From assembly GCF_006345805.1 (NCBI RefSeq), contig NC_043010.1, positions 57,784,001 through 57,848,000 of the forward strand: a DNA stretch of 64,000 nt, read 5' to 3'. This DNA is from Octopus sinensis (taxonomy: Eukaryota). The translations under genes and the position numbers were made by a program. A model generated the notes under the pieces. It made no database searches and was not told where the DNA came from. It saw only the letters and a program-made list of their open reading frames with translations. Positions 24,457-37,057 of the stretch are shown here, in pieces (within the stretch, counting starts at the first letter, position 1; every line of letters starts with the position of its first letter).

Positions 24457-24718
24457 AATATATTTATGTATATATATATGTATGTATGTATGTACATATA
24501 TAGACATGTTATCTGCACCCCACCAGTCCAATAGGCAAAGACTAGAAAAATTAAGTAGCCAACATGAAAACAAGGAAGGACTAGCATCAAGAATGGCATC
24601 TGGCTTTAGAAGACTGCCTCAGCAAGTCTCAACCAACCCATGCCAGCTAAGAAAAACAAACGAAAAAACAAAGGTGATCATAACAATGACAACAATTATG
24701 ATGATGATGATGATGAAG

Positions 24719-24751
<33 letters not shown>

Positions 24752-24989
24752 CACATTCTCACACATGCACACACACACACACACACACCTATACACACTG
24801 AGGCCCAGTTTTTAAATGTAGTTTGGGATTTCCCTCTAAATATGCTTATCCTAATTCCCCCCCTCTTTATATTCCAGACCTGTCACTAAATCAGATAAGT
24901 ATTACAGAATTACTTCCCTTGGTGTACACAACTGTCATCCTCAACTACACTTAACAAATAATAATAATAATAATAATGATAATAATAAT

Positions 24990-25140
24990 AATGGTTTCAA
25001 ATTTTGGCACAAGGCCAGTAATTTCGGGGGAGGGGTAAGTTGATTACGCCAATCCCAGTGTTCAACTAGTTTTTATTTTATCAACACCTGACTGGAGGAA
25101 AGGCGAAGCCAACCTCAGCAGAATTTGAACTCAGAACGCA
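24990..25140 (-). mobile_element. tRNA-derived SINE family C (partial)
   Basis: GGCACAAGGCCAG...AATTTGAACTCAGAACG; homologs at 34315-34440, 41990-42202 and 52305-52470. Confidence 0.7.
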
Positions 25141-25560
25141 GGGGTTGAATTTAATCCAAAAGGTACGTAAGGTTTGAGAAAGAAGATGAGCTCCTGTTCT
25201 CTATAGAAATAGCGGTGGATATGTGATATTGGAGGTCAAACTGAAGGCTGAGAGGTGTTACGTACCCCTTGACATTTCTGTTCTACTGAACAGAAATGTT
25301 GAAGGATAGGTAATAAGCTGTCTTAGTGGTGTATTGCAATTTTTTTGGATAATTGGTGGCCAGTTTACTTGATAGAGGTCACATTGAAGAGATGTTGGAG
25401 TGCATATATGAGAGGTGCATAGCAAATAGCCCCTTCTGTGGAAAGTACTGTGGTTGGGCTCTTTAAGGGTGGTAATGTTGGAAAGGAAATGGCATGTGTG
25501 GCAGTAGGAATAGTGGTATGGGACAAGGTATCTAGGTGGGGGATAGGATGTGGATGAGGA
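25141..25560 (-). pseudogene. Decayed Penelope-like element GIY-YIG endonuclease C-terminus
   Basis: Manual translation: CHTCHFLSNITTLKEPNHSTFH...LIYALQ... and, after frameshifts, YREQELIFFLKPYVPFGLNS, matching the PLE pattern CxxC...NLIY...EQxLIFxLxxxxPxGLN. Confidence 0.7.
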
Positions 25561-26011
25561 GGTTGCAGAGGTTTTAGATGCACTTCATGGAAAGAATGTG
25601 TTGGAGAGATAAAAGATGGCAGATAACTGAGTAGAGGCATTCAGACCCAAATTATCATTATTCAAGTTCTTCTATGACAATATTAATAGTAAAATTGCAA
25701 AATCTACAAATATCTCCCTATTTTCCATCATTATACATCAGGAATTAGGACCGTTCCTATTTCTTGTCTAATGTAATGTAACAAAGCTATCCTCTAATTC
25801 TTGTCTTAATTCTCTCCCTTTCCCTGTTTTCCACTCAAGGCACAGCAACAAACACCTCATCAGTCTGCTCACTTTCATTTTACTCATCAAAGCATCAATT
25901 ACTCCTCTTTAGTTTGGTAGTCTCTTGTTCCAGTACTATTTCTTTATAATGTCTACAAATAAATACACGTAATTACATGTATGAATGTATGCATATATAA
26001 ATATAAATATA

Positions 26012-26047
<36 letters not shown>

Positions 26048-26074
26048 TGAGTATGTATGTATATACATATATAC

Positions 26075-26159
26075 ACCATTTAACAGCTGTTTTCCATAGG
26101 TTGGATGGTTTGACAGGAGCTGGCAAAGTCATAAGTCACACCAGCACTAGTGTGTGTGG

Positions 26160-26197
<38 letters not shown>

Positions 26198-26357
26198 ATG
26201 TATAAAGCATCCTCTAAACTCTCGGAGTGGTTGATGTTAGGAAGGGCATCCAGTTGTAGAAACCTTGCCAGATCAGGTAGGAGTCTGATGCAGCCACTCA
26301 GTCAAACTGTCCAACCCATGCCAGCATGGAAAACAGATGTCAAACGATGATGATGAT
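26075..26357. mobile_element. Two RTE 3'-end fragments head-to-head around a (GT)(AT) tract
   Basis: Minus fragment 26075-26150; plus fragment 26212-26357 ending in (GAT)n. Confidence 0.65.
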
Positions 26358-26801
26358 ATATATAAAATACATATATACAGATCAACAAACTCACACAAGA
26401 TGTGTGTTTGTGTGTGTATGAATGTATTTGAACGTGTGTGACTGTGAAACCACAAACCCCATGGTTCGTGGTTTCATAATGAAAGATGTATTAAACTGGC
26501 TAAAATTGAAGTCCTTCCATTTATATTGACTTCTCTTCTAGAAATGCATCCAGTTTGCAAAAATACAATCATGTCCCAGTGTGATATGGAAATGGTTTTG
26601 AATAATCTCATTTATCTGACATATGAGATACAAACACAGCAAACGCACTCACACAAACTCACACACACACACACCACACACACACACATGTAGGCATGTG
26701 TGTTTTCATTGCAGCAACTTGGATGACTACCTTTAACCGTCAGCTTAGACTAACTGAAGCCATGTATGTGGAGTTGACTGATGGAAATTGAAAGAAGCTT
26801 A

Positions 26802-26836
<35 letters not shown>

Positions 26837-27816
26837 ATGATATATAAGTATATCTGTGTGTGCGTGTGTGTATGCATCTCTATGTTTGTTTACAATTGCA
26901 TTTCTCTAAAACTCTCCCAGCTCCAAGTGATGACACTGCTGTCATTTCTCCTGTCATCAAAACCCTTGCTGGTTTTGGACCTTTGAAGATGTTTGCAATA
27001 AGAGAGCCCTTACTTGAAAAACAGATAAGGGCTAACAATAGGGATGGCATCTGACTGTAAAACAAAGCCATGTTGATATATTTGTCTAACTCATACTAGT
27101 ATAGAAAAACAGGTGTAAAACGGACAAATCATTATCTCTCTCTCACTCTCTCTCTCTCACTCTCTCTCTCTCCTCTCTCTCTCTCTCTTTCTCCATATAT
27201 ATTTGTATGTATATGTTTGAATTTGCATAACTACGTGTTGCTGTGTTCTATAGAAACATCAAATTTTAATCTAAGATTTCAGACAGAAATACAAAATTTG
27301 CAGAGCATGGATTTCTTTGAACAAAATATATATTCCTAAAATGTATTTTCTGTTCACCTGAAAGTCTACAGGGAATATATAAATAATCATATATTTCTAC
27401 AGATTTTCTATAAAATTTAGAACCAACATTGAAAGTTACAACATTTCATGCGATTGAAGACAGAAAAATAGGTGATTGGCGTATATACACATTTCAGAGA
27501 TCTTTGCCCCTTCCTCAGTACCATGTTCAACCCATTAACTATCCTTGAACACATTGCTTTAAGAGCCACTAAATATGGCAGGAATGTGTTTAATATAGAA
27601 ATAACTAATGGTGTACATATGTTCACTTCATAGTGAACAAGATATATATTTCTAATGGTGTACATTAGTTCATCTCAAAATGAACATAACTTATATTCCT
27701 GGCAGTGTACATATATTCCATGCCCCATGATATGCCCTGATCACACATTCAGCTCTGCACACTCAACTGGATGTTTCTGTGCTACTGACAACAAAATTTG
27801 AACCTGAGTCTCTTAC

Positions 27817-30207
27817 CTGTGGTGTTCTCTGGGACCATCTGGACAATGATGATGATTTCCATTCATTTCGTGATTCGTCCACTGGATAGAGCTGTCCATG
27901 CATCGATAATGAGCTGCCTCCCATTATGTCATCCGGGTTACACGACACAGGGACTGTGTTGTTAGACTGAGAGATGAGTTGCCTCATTTCGTTCCTTGGG
28001 TGTTTTGAGGCTGATATGGCCGTGTGTTGCAAGGCTCTGTTCTGGTTTCGAGTTCTAATCACACACAGGGTGACAGAAATAACAATCACCACTGATAGAA
28101 CGACAGCCACTGGGACAATGATAACGACCCAGGTCACATCGATTAAACTGTCCGATTGTTGGTGGACTGCAGCCAACATTGGTGAGGTGGTGTTGCTAAC
28201 ACTTAATGAGAGAGTTAAGGTTGTTGCGGCTGATAAAGATGGCATGCCACTGTCTTTTACCATAAACTTTAGGTCGTATGTTCCTGCATCGTTTTGGTAA
28301 ACAGTCCGAGAGAAAGAAAGAACTCCTGTATAAGGGTTCACAGTAAATAGATGTTTGTCATTGCCTCCAATAATTTCGTATTTAAGGAAAGCATTTTCTT
28401 GGTTGTCCCTGTCGGAGGCCTTCAGTACTGTGAGGTCATTCTTACTCTGTGGATGGTAATAAAAGTCCAAACTAAAAGGGTCCACACTTGGAAAGGTGAA
28501 ATAAGGGGCATTATCGTTTTCATCGACCACCTTAACAATAATGTTTGCTGTGCTGTTTAACGGTGGTGTTCCATTGTCTTTAACAAAAACCTTAAATTTG
28601 TAGACTTCTTGTTGTTCCCTGTCTAAAGACGACTTGGTTGATATGAATCCATAATTTGTTATTTGGAAAGGAATGTCATTTGTGTCGGTGCCCAGTAGGA
28701 AATAAGTCAACTGACCCCCAAGTTCCAGATCGGGGTCAGTGGCATTGATAAAACCAACAGGAAAATTGGATTTTTCATTCTCATAGGTGAGGAACTTGAA
28801 TGTATCTTTGGTAAACTGGGGTTTTACATCATTCACATCTGTCACTCGGATGGAGAACCTGTTTTCAGCCCTTAACGGTGGAGAGCCTCGATCACTGCAT
28901 TTTATAACAATATCATAATGGTCTTCTTTCTCTCGATCAACTGAATTCTTCACAATCACTTTATATTCCTTGAAACCAAAATTCAGAAGCTGGAATTTGT
29001 CATGCTGTAGCTCACAGTTGACCTCTCCATTCAGTCCCATGTCGTTATCAGTGACCATTACATAAGCAAGGAAACTCCCAGCTTCAATGTCTTCGGAGAT
29101 CGATGCCACATTCTCTGTCAATGTGAACACAAAATCCACTTCAATGTTGGGCGCATTGTTTTGTTGGTTCATAACATTTACTAAAACAATGGCTGTTGAA
29201 CTTAGCGGAGGCTCCCCTCCATCAGTTGCATCAACAAATAATTTATAAACCACCTTCTGACCCACGGGAAATATCTTTTTTAATAAAATCTCTCCGGTAG
29301 TTTTATTCAATTCAAAATGACTTTTAGCTTCATCTGAAGTTTTGGGGCTAAAATGGTAGAGAATTTTGCTGTTTTCCCCTGCATCCAGGTCCTTGGCAGC
29401 CAATACCACAACTGGCAGTGACATCTGGTGGGTGTTTTTAATGGAAACATTATACATTTGATGTGAAAACACTGGTGGATTGTCATTGACATCGTTCACT
29501 GCAATTTGAACATTTAAAACACTTTGCATTGGTAAAGAACCACCGTCTTTGGCAACGATTTGTAACATGTAGGTGTCCTTTTCCTCACGATTCAGTTTCC
29601 CTTCTAAAATAATGGCCAAATTAGCTCTACCATCAATTCTTTTAAAGACAGACAGAGAAAACAACCGATTGTTGTTATTCCGAAGTTGGTAGGTGATCTG
29701 AGAGTTTAGAATTCCAACATCTTTATCAATGGCATTTGGTACCGATATCTTGGAACCTTTACCGTCTCTCTCAGAAAATTGGATATTCACTTGTTTGACA
29801 GGGAATTGAGGAACGTGGTCGTTTATGTCCTGAATAATTACTTTGATTTTTAGAATTTTCATGAATTTGTTTGCTTTTCTCACAGCAACTTTAACAATTC
29901 TGAAACATTCCTTGTTGTAAATACACAGAGTTTCGGCATCCAGCGCCTGAGCCGTGAATAGTTTACCATTACTGCTCACATTGAATAACTGACTAATGCT
30001 GTTTGAGCCCCTTCGTTGGAGTTGACTGAATGTGATGAAGGGGACATGTTCAGGGACCACCCTGTCTGATAAATGGGAGTCTGCAGCGATGTTCCCAATG
30101 TATGAACCAATTGCTTTCTCTTCCTTCACGTGATAAATCAAGTTCGATGCGGAGTATTTCGGAAGAAAAAATAAAATTAGAAATCCAAACCGCAGAAGTC
30201 TCCCCAT
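27817..30207 (-). CDS. Protocadherin, large first coding exon (signal peptide, EC1-EC6, TM, proximal cytoplasmic tail)
   Basis: MGRLLRFGFLILFFLPKYSAS signal peptide; cadherin motifs LDAETLC..C, DINDHVPQF, DVNDNPPVF, DREKED, DENDNAPYF; TM VTWVVIIVPVAVVLSVVIVISVTLCVI; 797 codons to a phase-0 CAG|GTAAGA donor. The unspliced read-through stops at 27763 (814 aa). Confidence 0.95.
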
Positions 30208-30273
30208 ATTTCTGTTGGTGCCTGGTGGTTGATAATGCAATTTGGTGGTTGATCCCAATTTAGTAGAAACAGT

Positions 30274-30296
30274 TCTGAAAGAAAACAGAAGAATAC
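30274..30296 (-). other. Splice acceptor upstream of the protocadherin ATG
   Basis: Minus strand GTATTCTTCTGTTTTCTTTCAG|AACT; exon starts at 30274, 67 nt before the ATG, implying an upstream non-coding exon. Confidence 0.7.
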
Positions 30297-31338
30297 AAAT
30301 TAATTAAACTCATTACAAATAAATCATTTAACAAACGTCTTTCAAAATTTTATACACAAAACCTGCAAAAGGTGAGTTTGTGTTTTATTCTTCGTAGGTT
30401 GATAAAATTAAGTACCTGTCATTTACTGGGGTCCATTTAATTGATTCTCTTTCTCCAACAATATTCCTCGTGTTGACTCAAAGAAATCTTTATATGTAAT
30501 GAGTAAAGCTCAAAAGGCTACATTCACTTTTTTGTTGCATGTTGGGAGGGTCATTTTGCCATTAATGAACACATGCACACACACACTGGTTCTATTTCAC
30601 TTCTTTAATATTTGTCAATTGGTAGACTATTTAACCAATTAACTAATCAACTAATCGAATGTTTGATTATAATTCAATCAATCAATCAATCAGATTTGTC
30701 CATTCATCACCATTATTAATCTCATCAATGACAAGCTCTCCTTCCTCCAGGTCAGCCTTACACTTAAATAATATTATATTATATTTAATTATTCATTAAG
30801 CTATCTATAGGTCTGTTTATTTATTTGCAGTAATTTTAGAAGAGAAAGGGTGAATCTATTGACATATTTAAGATTACCATTACTGGGGAGGAAAATGTTT
30901 CTCTTTATTCAAAGAAGTGGACCCCCAATGTTTACAACACAGTAGACTCCACTAAAGGTAGCAAAGGACCAGCTGGTTGTCCAACTGGGTGACCAATCCA
31001 AAGAAGCATTCAACAACACCACCACAGCCCCGGCTGTCTCTGGGCCCTTGGACAGGATTCTGTCCATCCACTTCCATTCATAATGGTTTGGTGAAGTGAG
31101 AAGATATTTGATCAAGCTACCCTACACTGGGATTGAACACAAAACTCTGCAATTATAGTGAACTTTTTAACAACACTGTTATCTGTAGAATGGGGGTGGG
31201 GCAGAGAGCAGATATGCCTTCATCTGTGTGTGTGTGTGTGTGTATTTATATATATGTATGTATGTATGAATTGGATGTTTTGCACCCCACTGTAGAAATT
31301 TTCCCCTTCATTTGTTATATTATAATATATACATTATA

Positions 31339-31723
31339 GGTGTAGGAGTGGCTGTGTGGTAAGTAGCTTGCTTACTAACCACATGGTTCCGGGTTCACTC
31401 CCACTGCGTGGCACCTTCGGCAAGTGTCTTCTATTATAGCCTCAGGCCTACCAAAGCCTTGTGAGTGGATTTGGTAGATGGAAACTGAAAGAAGCCCGTC
31501 GTATATATGTATACATATATGTGTGTGTGTATATGTTTGTGTGTCTGTGTTTGTCCCCCCAACGATGCTGGTGTGTTTACGTGACCGTAACATAGCGGTT
31601 TGGCAAAAGAGACCGATAGAATAAGTACTAGGCTTACAAAGAATAAGTCATGGGGTCGATTTGCTTGACTAAAGGTGGTGCTCCAGCATGGCCACAGTCA
31701 AATGACTGAAACAAGTAAAAGAG

Positions 31724-31724
<1 letters not shown>
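31339..31724 (+). mobile_element. Full-length tRNA-derived SINE family B
   Basis: GGAGTGGCTGTGTGG head, GGTTCACTCC box B, CORE-like GGCACCTTCGGCAAGTGTC, internal (TA/GT)n, tail GACTGAAACAAGTAAAAGAG. Confidence 0.88.
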
Positions 31725-32100
<376 letters not shown>

Positions 32101-32767
32101 GATATATATGCATATACATGCATACATATATTCATATCTGCACAGCTTGATGTAAGAGAGAGAGAGATACAATAGACAGAGCAAACACACAGACACCCCG
32201 CACACGCATTGCATGCTGCAGCCGCTACAGACACACAGACACAGCAGCCCCACCACCACCACGCATCTCACACGCACGTTGTACCGACAACACTCACGGC
32301 AAACACACAGACACAGCACACACGCAAACTGCACACACGCATTGTTATGAAGAAAAATTTGCTAGAGTTGCTTCCCTTGGACCACTTTGTCCCGTTCTGC
32401 CTCGGTCCTATGTCAGCGTCATAATAAGGTGATGAGGTGGAGAAGGATTGTTCCCTACCAGTTATTAGGAACGATAGAGAATGTAGTGAGCCTTTCTTTC
32501 GGGCATTCATGTTGTCTCAATATATTCCTTACCCAGGAAATATCCTCCATCGTTGATAAATATTCAATCAGAACAAAAAGCAAGTCAAACCATTGATTGT
32601 CAAATTGATAAATTAATTCTAACCCACCCCCACCCCCCGATAACTACAAAATTCCCATCCCCCACCGTCACTTCTCTATCAAAGAAAATGCATAACACAC
32701 TTTGCACGAAAATAATTCTTCTTTCTTCGCCAAAACCATCTCAAGTTTATTAAACAACATGGTTTCT

Positions 32768-32911
32768 TCATTATTTACATTTAACGGATATTTGTCCTCA
32801 TCTTGTTTGTTGTTACCACTAACGTTTCGGCTGATGTACCCTCCAGCCTTCATCAGGTGTCTTGGGGAAATTTCGAACCTGGGTTCTCATTCCTAAGGTA
32901 TTTTGTTGTTG

Positions 32912-32952
<41 letters not shown>
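32768..32952 (-). mobile_element. HHR-bearing SINE family D, 3' part (core-intact hammerhead)
   Basis: Minus strand GACAC-CTGATGA-A-GGCTG-GAGGGTACAT-CAGCC-GAAA-CG-TT; its 5' continuation is at 33361-33391, beyond a SINE B insertion. Confidence 0.8.
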
Positions 32953-33360
32953 GTTACTCATTCTCATTTACTCATTTACTCATTTACTTGTTTCAGTCAT
33001 TTGACTGCGGCCATGCTGGAGCACCGCCTTTAGTCGAGCAAATCGACCCCGGGACTTATTCTTTGTAAGCCCAGTACTTATTCTATCGGTCTCTTTTGCC
33101 GAACCGCTAAGTGATGGGGACGTAAACACACCAGCATCGGTTGTCAAGCAATGCTAGGGGAACAAACACAGACACACAAACATATACACACACACTTATA
33201 TATATATATACATATATACGACAGGCTTCTTTCAGTTTCCGTCTACCAAATCCACTCACAAGGCATTGGTCGGCCCGGGGCTATAGCAGAAGACACTTGC
33301 CCAAGGTGCCACGCAGTGGGACTGAACCCGGAACTATGTGGTTGGTTAGCAAGTTACTTA
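32953..33360 (-). mobile_element. SINE family B inserted into the (AAT)n tract of a family D copy
   Basis: Reverse complement of 31339-31724, missing about 15 nt at the 5' end; flanked by D-family sequence on both sides. Confidence 0.85.
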
Positions 33361-33397
33361 ATTATCATAATTATTCAGGTCACTGCCTGGATGCTTG

Positions 33398-33663
33398 TGG
33401 GCCTATGGCATAGTGGTTAAAATCGCAGCTACTAACCCCAAGATTCTGAGTTTGATTCCAGGCAGTGATCTGAATAATAATAATAATAACATCGAAAAGT
33501 ACCTTAGGAATGAGAACCCAGGTTCAGAATTTCTCCAAGACACCCAAGGAAGGCTGGAGGATATATCAGCCAAAATTTTGGGTTAACAACAAACAAGATG
33601 AGGACAAATATCCATCAAATGTAAAAAATGTACATAATTCCTCATCTCTTAAATATAGAACTA
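33398..33663 (+). mobile_element. HHR-bearing tRNA-derived SINE family D (full length, core decayed)
   Basis: TGGCATAGTGG box A, CT-ACT-AA anticodon-like loop, GAGTTTGATTCC box B, (AAT)n, then GACAC-CCAAGGA-AGGCTG..CAGCC-AAAA. Confidence 0.8.
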
Positions 33664-34444
33664 AACATGGTTTCTCCCCCGCACACCACCCAACTTCTTA
33701 ATCGTCACAAATCTCACCACCCACCTTACTCTATCACAAACACTAGATGGAACAACAGCTAAATACCCGTCTATTCCCCCCCCCACCACCACCATGCATA
33801 AAAGACATTTGGGTATTTAGTTTCGTCCTTTTACGTTTTGAGCTTAATTTTAGAGGTCCACCAAATAAAGTACCAAAGTCCGTGTAATTGTTACTTTTAG
33901 GTGTCCCTGGTTACTTCTGATATTGGCTGACAATACTAAGGAAATCTTTGTAGTCTTTGCTTACTCTGTAAGGGCTGAGATGTTGTAAACTCCCAATGGC
34001 CAAAATTATGGTTCTGTGAAGAACAGTGACCCAGATCTGAATAACTGTGGCAGATACAGAGATTGGTCAATGCCATTCAGGGTCAGTAACTGATGTGATG
34101 TGTTGGTCATCATACATGACAGATGTGAACAAAAGAAGACATTGAAGCTTATGAATGCACACTTCCAGAATTAGGCCCAGTGAATTTAAAGATCATTTGG
34201 GGAAGCCATGGTTGGGTTGGAAGCCAAACTTTCTTTTAGAAATTAGTTGTCTTTGTTTCTTCAGCAAATAATCTTGGAGTTGTTCCTTAACTGTTGGTTC
34301 CATTCCTTTGCTTCAAATTTTGGCACAAGGCCAGCAGTGTCAGGGGAGGGGACAAGTCCCACGGTCAACTCATGTATGTATTTCATCATTTCCAAAAGGA
34401 CGAATGGCAAAGTCTACCTTGGCAGCATTTGAACTCGGAACAGA

Positions 34445-34846
34445 TAGGGTCCGTTGGACTTTTACATGAATTCTTAGAAAGGATCACAAAAGTACAGTTC
34501 CCTAAATTACTGCAGAACCCAGTTTCCACAAACAATTTTCACCAGGACCTGCACAAAGCTGGATTTCATAGGAGGTCTACAATCGGAAAACCACTACTTA
34601 CAAAAACAAAAAAAAAACGTTGCGAAGTGTTTAGAGTGGAGTAAAAACATACAGAATTGGTCCCTAGAGCAGTGGAAGAATGTTATTATCCTTTACCTTA
34701 TTTCCAACCACCGGCTGAGTATATGTGTGGATATATGTGTGGAGACAGCCAAAAGAAGTATTTGACCCAGACTGCCTTCTTCCAGCTGTTAAACACAGAG
34801 GAGGATCTGTGATGATCTGGGGGACCATATCTTGAAACTCTGCCAG
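34445..34846 (+). pseudogene. Tc1-family transposase fragment
   Basis: LHKAGFH...VAKCLEWSKNIQNWSLEQWKNVI...FTLFPTTG*VYVW RQPKEVFDPDCLLPAVKHRGGSVMIWG. Confidence 0.88.
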
Positions 34847-35366
34847 TAAATCTAATAATACGGTAAATCTAATAACTGGTATGTTTACTATGCAATAAAC
34901 CGGTGTTATAAATTAAAGTTACCCAGTGAAATAGCATCCGACAACGTGATATGTTGATATTTAAAAATATATATATCTTTAAAATAAATATTTTATGGAA
35001 ATATATGAGAGGATCTTTTTTGTTATTTGAGGCATAGTTATAATTTTGAAAGACTAGATGGCAGCATAGTTGCTCCCCTATTTGTTTATCTATGTGCTAG
35101 TTGTTGCTTGTGGTTATGTATGTGTATAAGTGTATGTGTGTGTGTATACATATAATTATGTATGTATGTGCGATTGATCTGTGGATGCGCGTGTGAACTT
35201 TGGCGTTCCTTGACTAACTAACCGTAAAATTTCTTTTGTGATTTAAATTTCAAACTACTAGCCAATCGAATTAATCTAAAATAATCATTACCTAGTGGTC
35301 AGAATTTCTAAACTCATAGTTATTTCGATCTTGAAAGGATGGACTTGGTGCAAACATAACTGTATC

Positions 35367-35412
<46 letters not shown>

Positions 35413-35739
35413 ATTAATAGTAATTTTTATTGACTTTTATAGCTTTATAATTTTATGAACTGAACCATGGTTTTTAATTATTATTTTTCATCTCCCTATG
35501 TGTTAGTTTTTTAAAACTATTAGCCAAATATGTATAATAACTGTACTTATTAATATTAATATATACACTGATATATATTTTGTTTTATTTTGTTTTGTTT
35601 ACCTTGCATTATTGTACCAATGAGTATTATATTATATATGTGTAGCATTATGAAGTTTATGCATAAGTTTTTATACTTTACATTTTTATATTTTTATATT
35701 TATATGTATATGGAAAAATAATTTTTTCACAATTATAAC

Positions 35740-35866
35740 AAATTAAATTCTCTGAAGAGGCCGTGAGGCATCCTTGTTAATGCCTCATTTATACCTGCCT
35801 TTATGGCTTATAGGTTAAATGAGGTATGACTGCCCTTGCTGCCGAAACAGCTGTCAGATATGATTT
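35740..35866 (+). ncRNA. Type I hammerhead ribozyme, all core nucleotides present, long stem II insert
   Basis: TCT(35749-51)-CTGAAGA-GGC...GCC-GAAA-CAGCTG-TC(35855)-AGA; GUC cleavage triplet; distal stem I AAATTA/TGATTT. Confidence 0.8.
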
Positions 35867-36790
35867 AATTACATATTATATTTTATATTTTATACTTATA
35901 TTTCCTTGTCTATTTACATTTACTGTATATTTTGTATAATGCCTTTACTGATATGTAATGGTGTAATAAAGTATTGATTGGGTATCATCTGATAGTTGAT
36001 GTTTTATTGATTTAAGTATGTTTCTCCATTTTCTAATTTTGTAGTATTAATTTACGGTAATATTATTACCTTTGCCCATATAATACAATAGATGAACTGA
36101 TTGTTTGGCAATTTTTAACATCTATGTATTAGCCTTGTTGGGTACCTATCTAGCAGTATATTGGATATATGTTATCCCATGGTGGGTTGAATTTTCAACC
36201 CCTATCTCATTTTATAACCTATATATATATATATATATATATACATATATGTCATCATCATCATCATCGTTTTAATGGCCACTTTTCTGTGCTTAGTGGA
36301 TCAGGTGGAGGAGGATTCTTTACTGTCAGATGAAGTTCCTTTCACCATCACTTACCTGTTTTTGTGTCAGGTAAGTTTTCGTCCATCAAAGATTGGAAAC
36401 CAAAGACACCACCTGCATGAGGGTGGCATTTGTTTACAACCATCACGTGAAGACAAGGCAAGGAGAGGAGATACAAAAACACATGACAGGCATCTTTCAG
36501 TTTCTGCCTACCAAATCCACTTACATTGCAAGGCTTTAGTCAGCCTAGGACTACAGTAGAAGACACTGCCAAGCAGTAGAATGGATCCCAAAACCATGTG
36601 CTTGGGGAGCAACTTAGCACACAACTTTGCCTATCCCTATATATATATATATGAGTGTGTTGTTGTTGTTGTTGTTTTCATCTGTCTTTTATGTTTGCCC
36701 TTTATTCCCAGCAGCTTTTTGCTCTTAATTCCACCAAAATGAGCTATGTTCTAATTAAAGGCATGAAATTGTAATGACTTTTGAACGATA

Positions 36791-37057
36791 ACTTGTGGTG
36801 AGAGTCATTGACAACCCTGGTGGATTGGAGAATGGACTAGCTGAACTCTTATAAAGAGCAGAGGTTAAAAAGGAGAAAGGGAGAAAGAGAGTCCGAGAAA
36901 GAAAGAGAAAAGTGAAAAGGCTTTTTGAGTTCATATAACGTACTTCGCGAGACTACCAAAACGCTCTCTCTGTCTACTACTGACTTCTACTCTTTATAAG
37001 AGTTTGGTTAGTCCATTCTCCATTCTGCCAGGGGTGTCAATGACTCTTGCCACAACT
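36791..37057. repeat. Imperfect inverted repeat, arms about 76 bp (36791-36866 / 36981-37057)
   Basis: GAGAGTCATTGACAACCCTGG...GAACTCTTATAAAGAG versus CTCTTTATAAGAGTT...CCAGGGGTGTCAATGACTCTT. Confidence 0.85.

Noticed and set aside
30208-30258. 17-aa N-terminal extension of the protocadherin in the ORF track
   Set aside because: It starts at TTG. The first ATG (30207) is directly followed by a signal peptide, so the extension is most likely 5' UTR.
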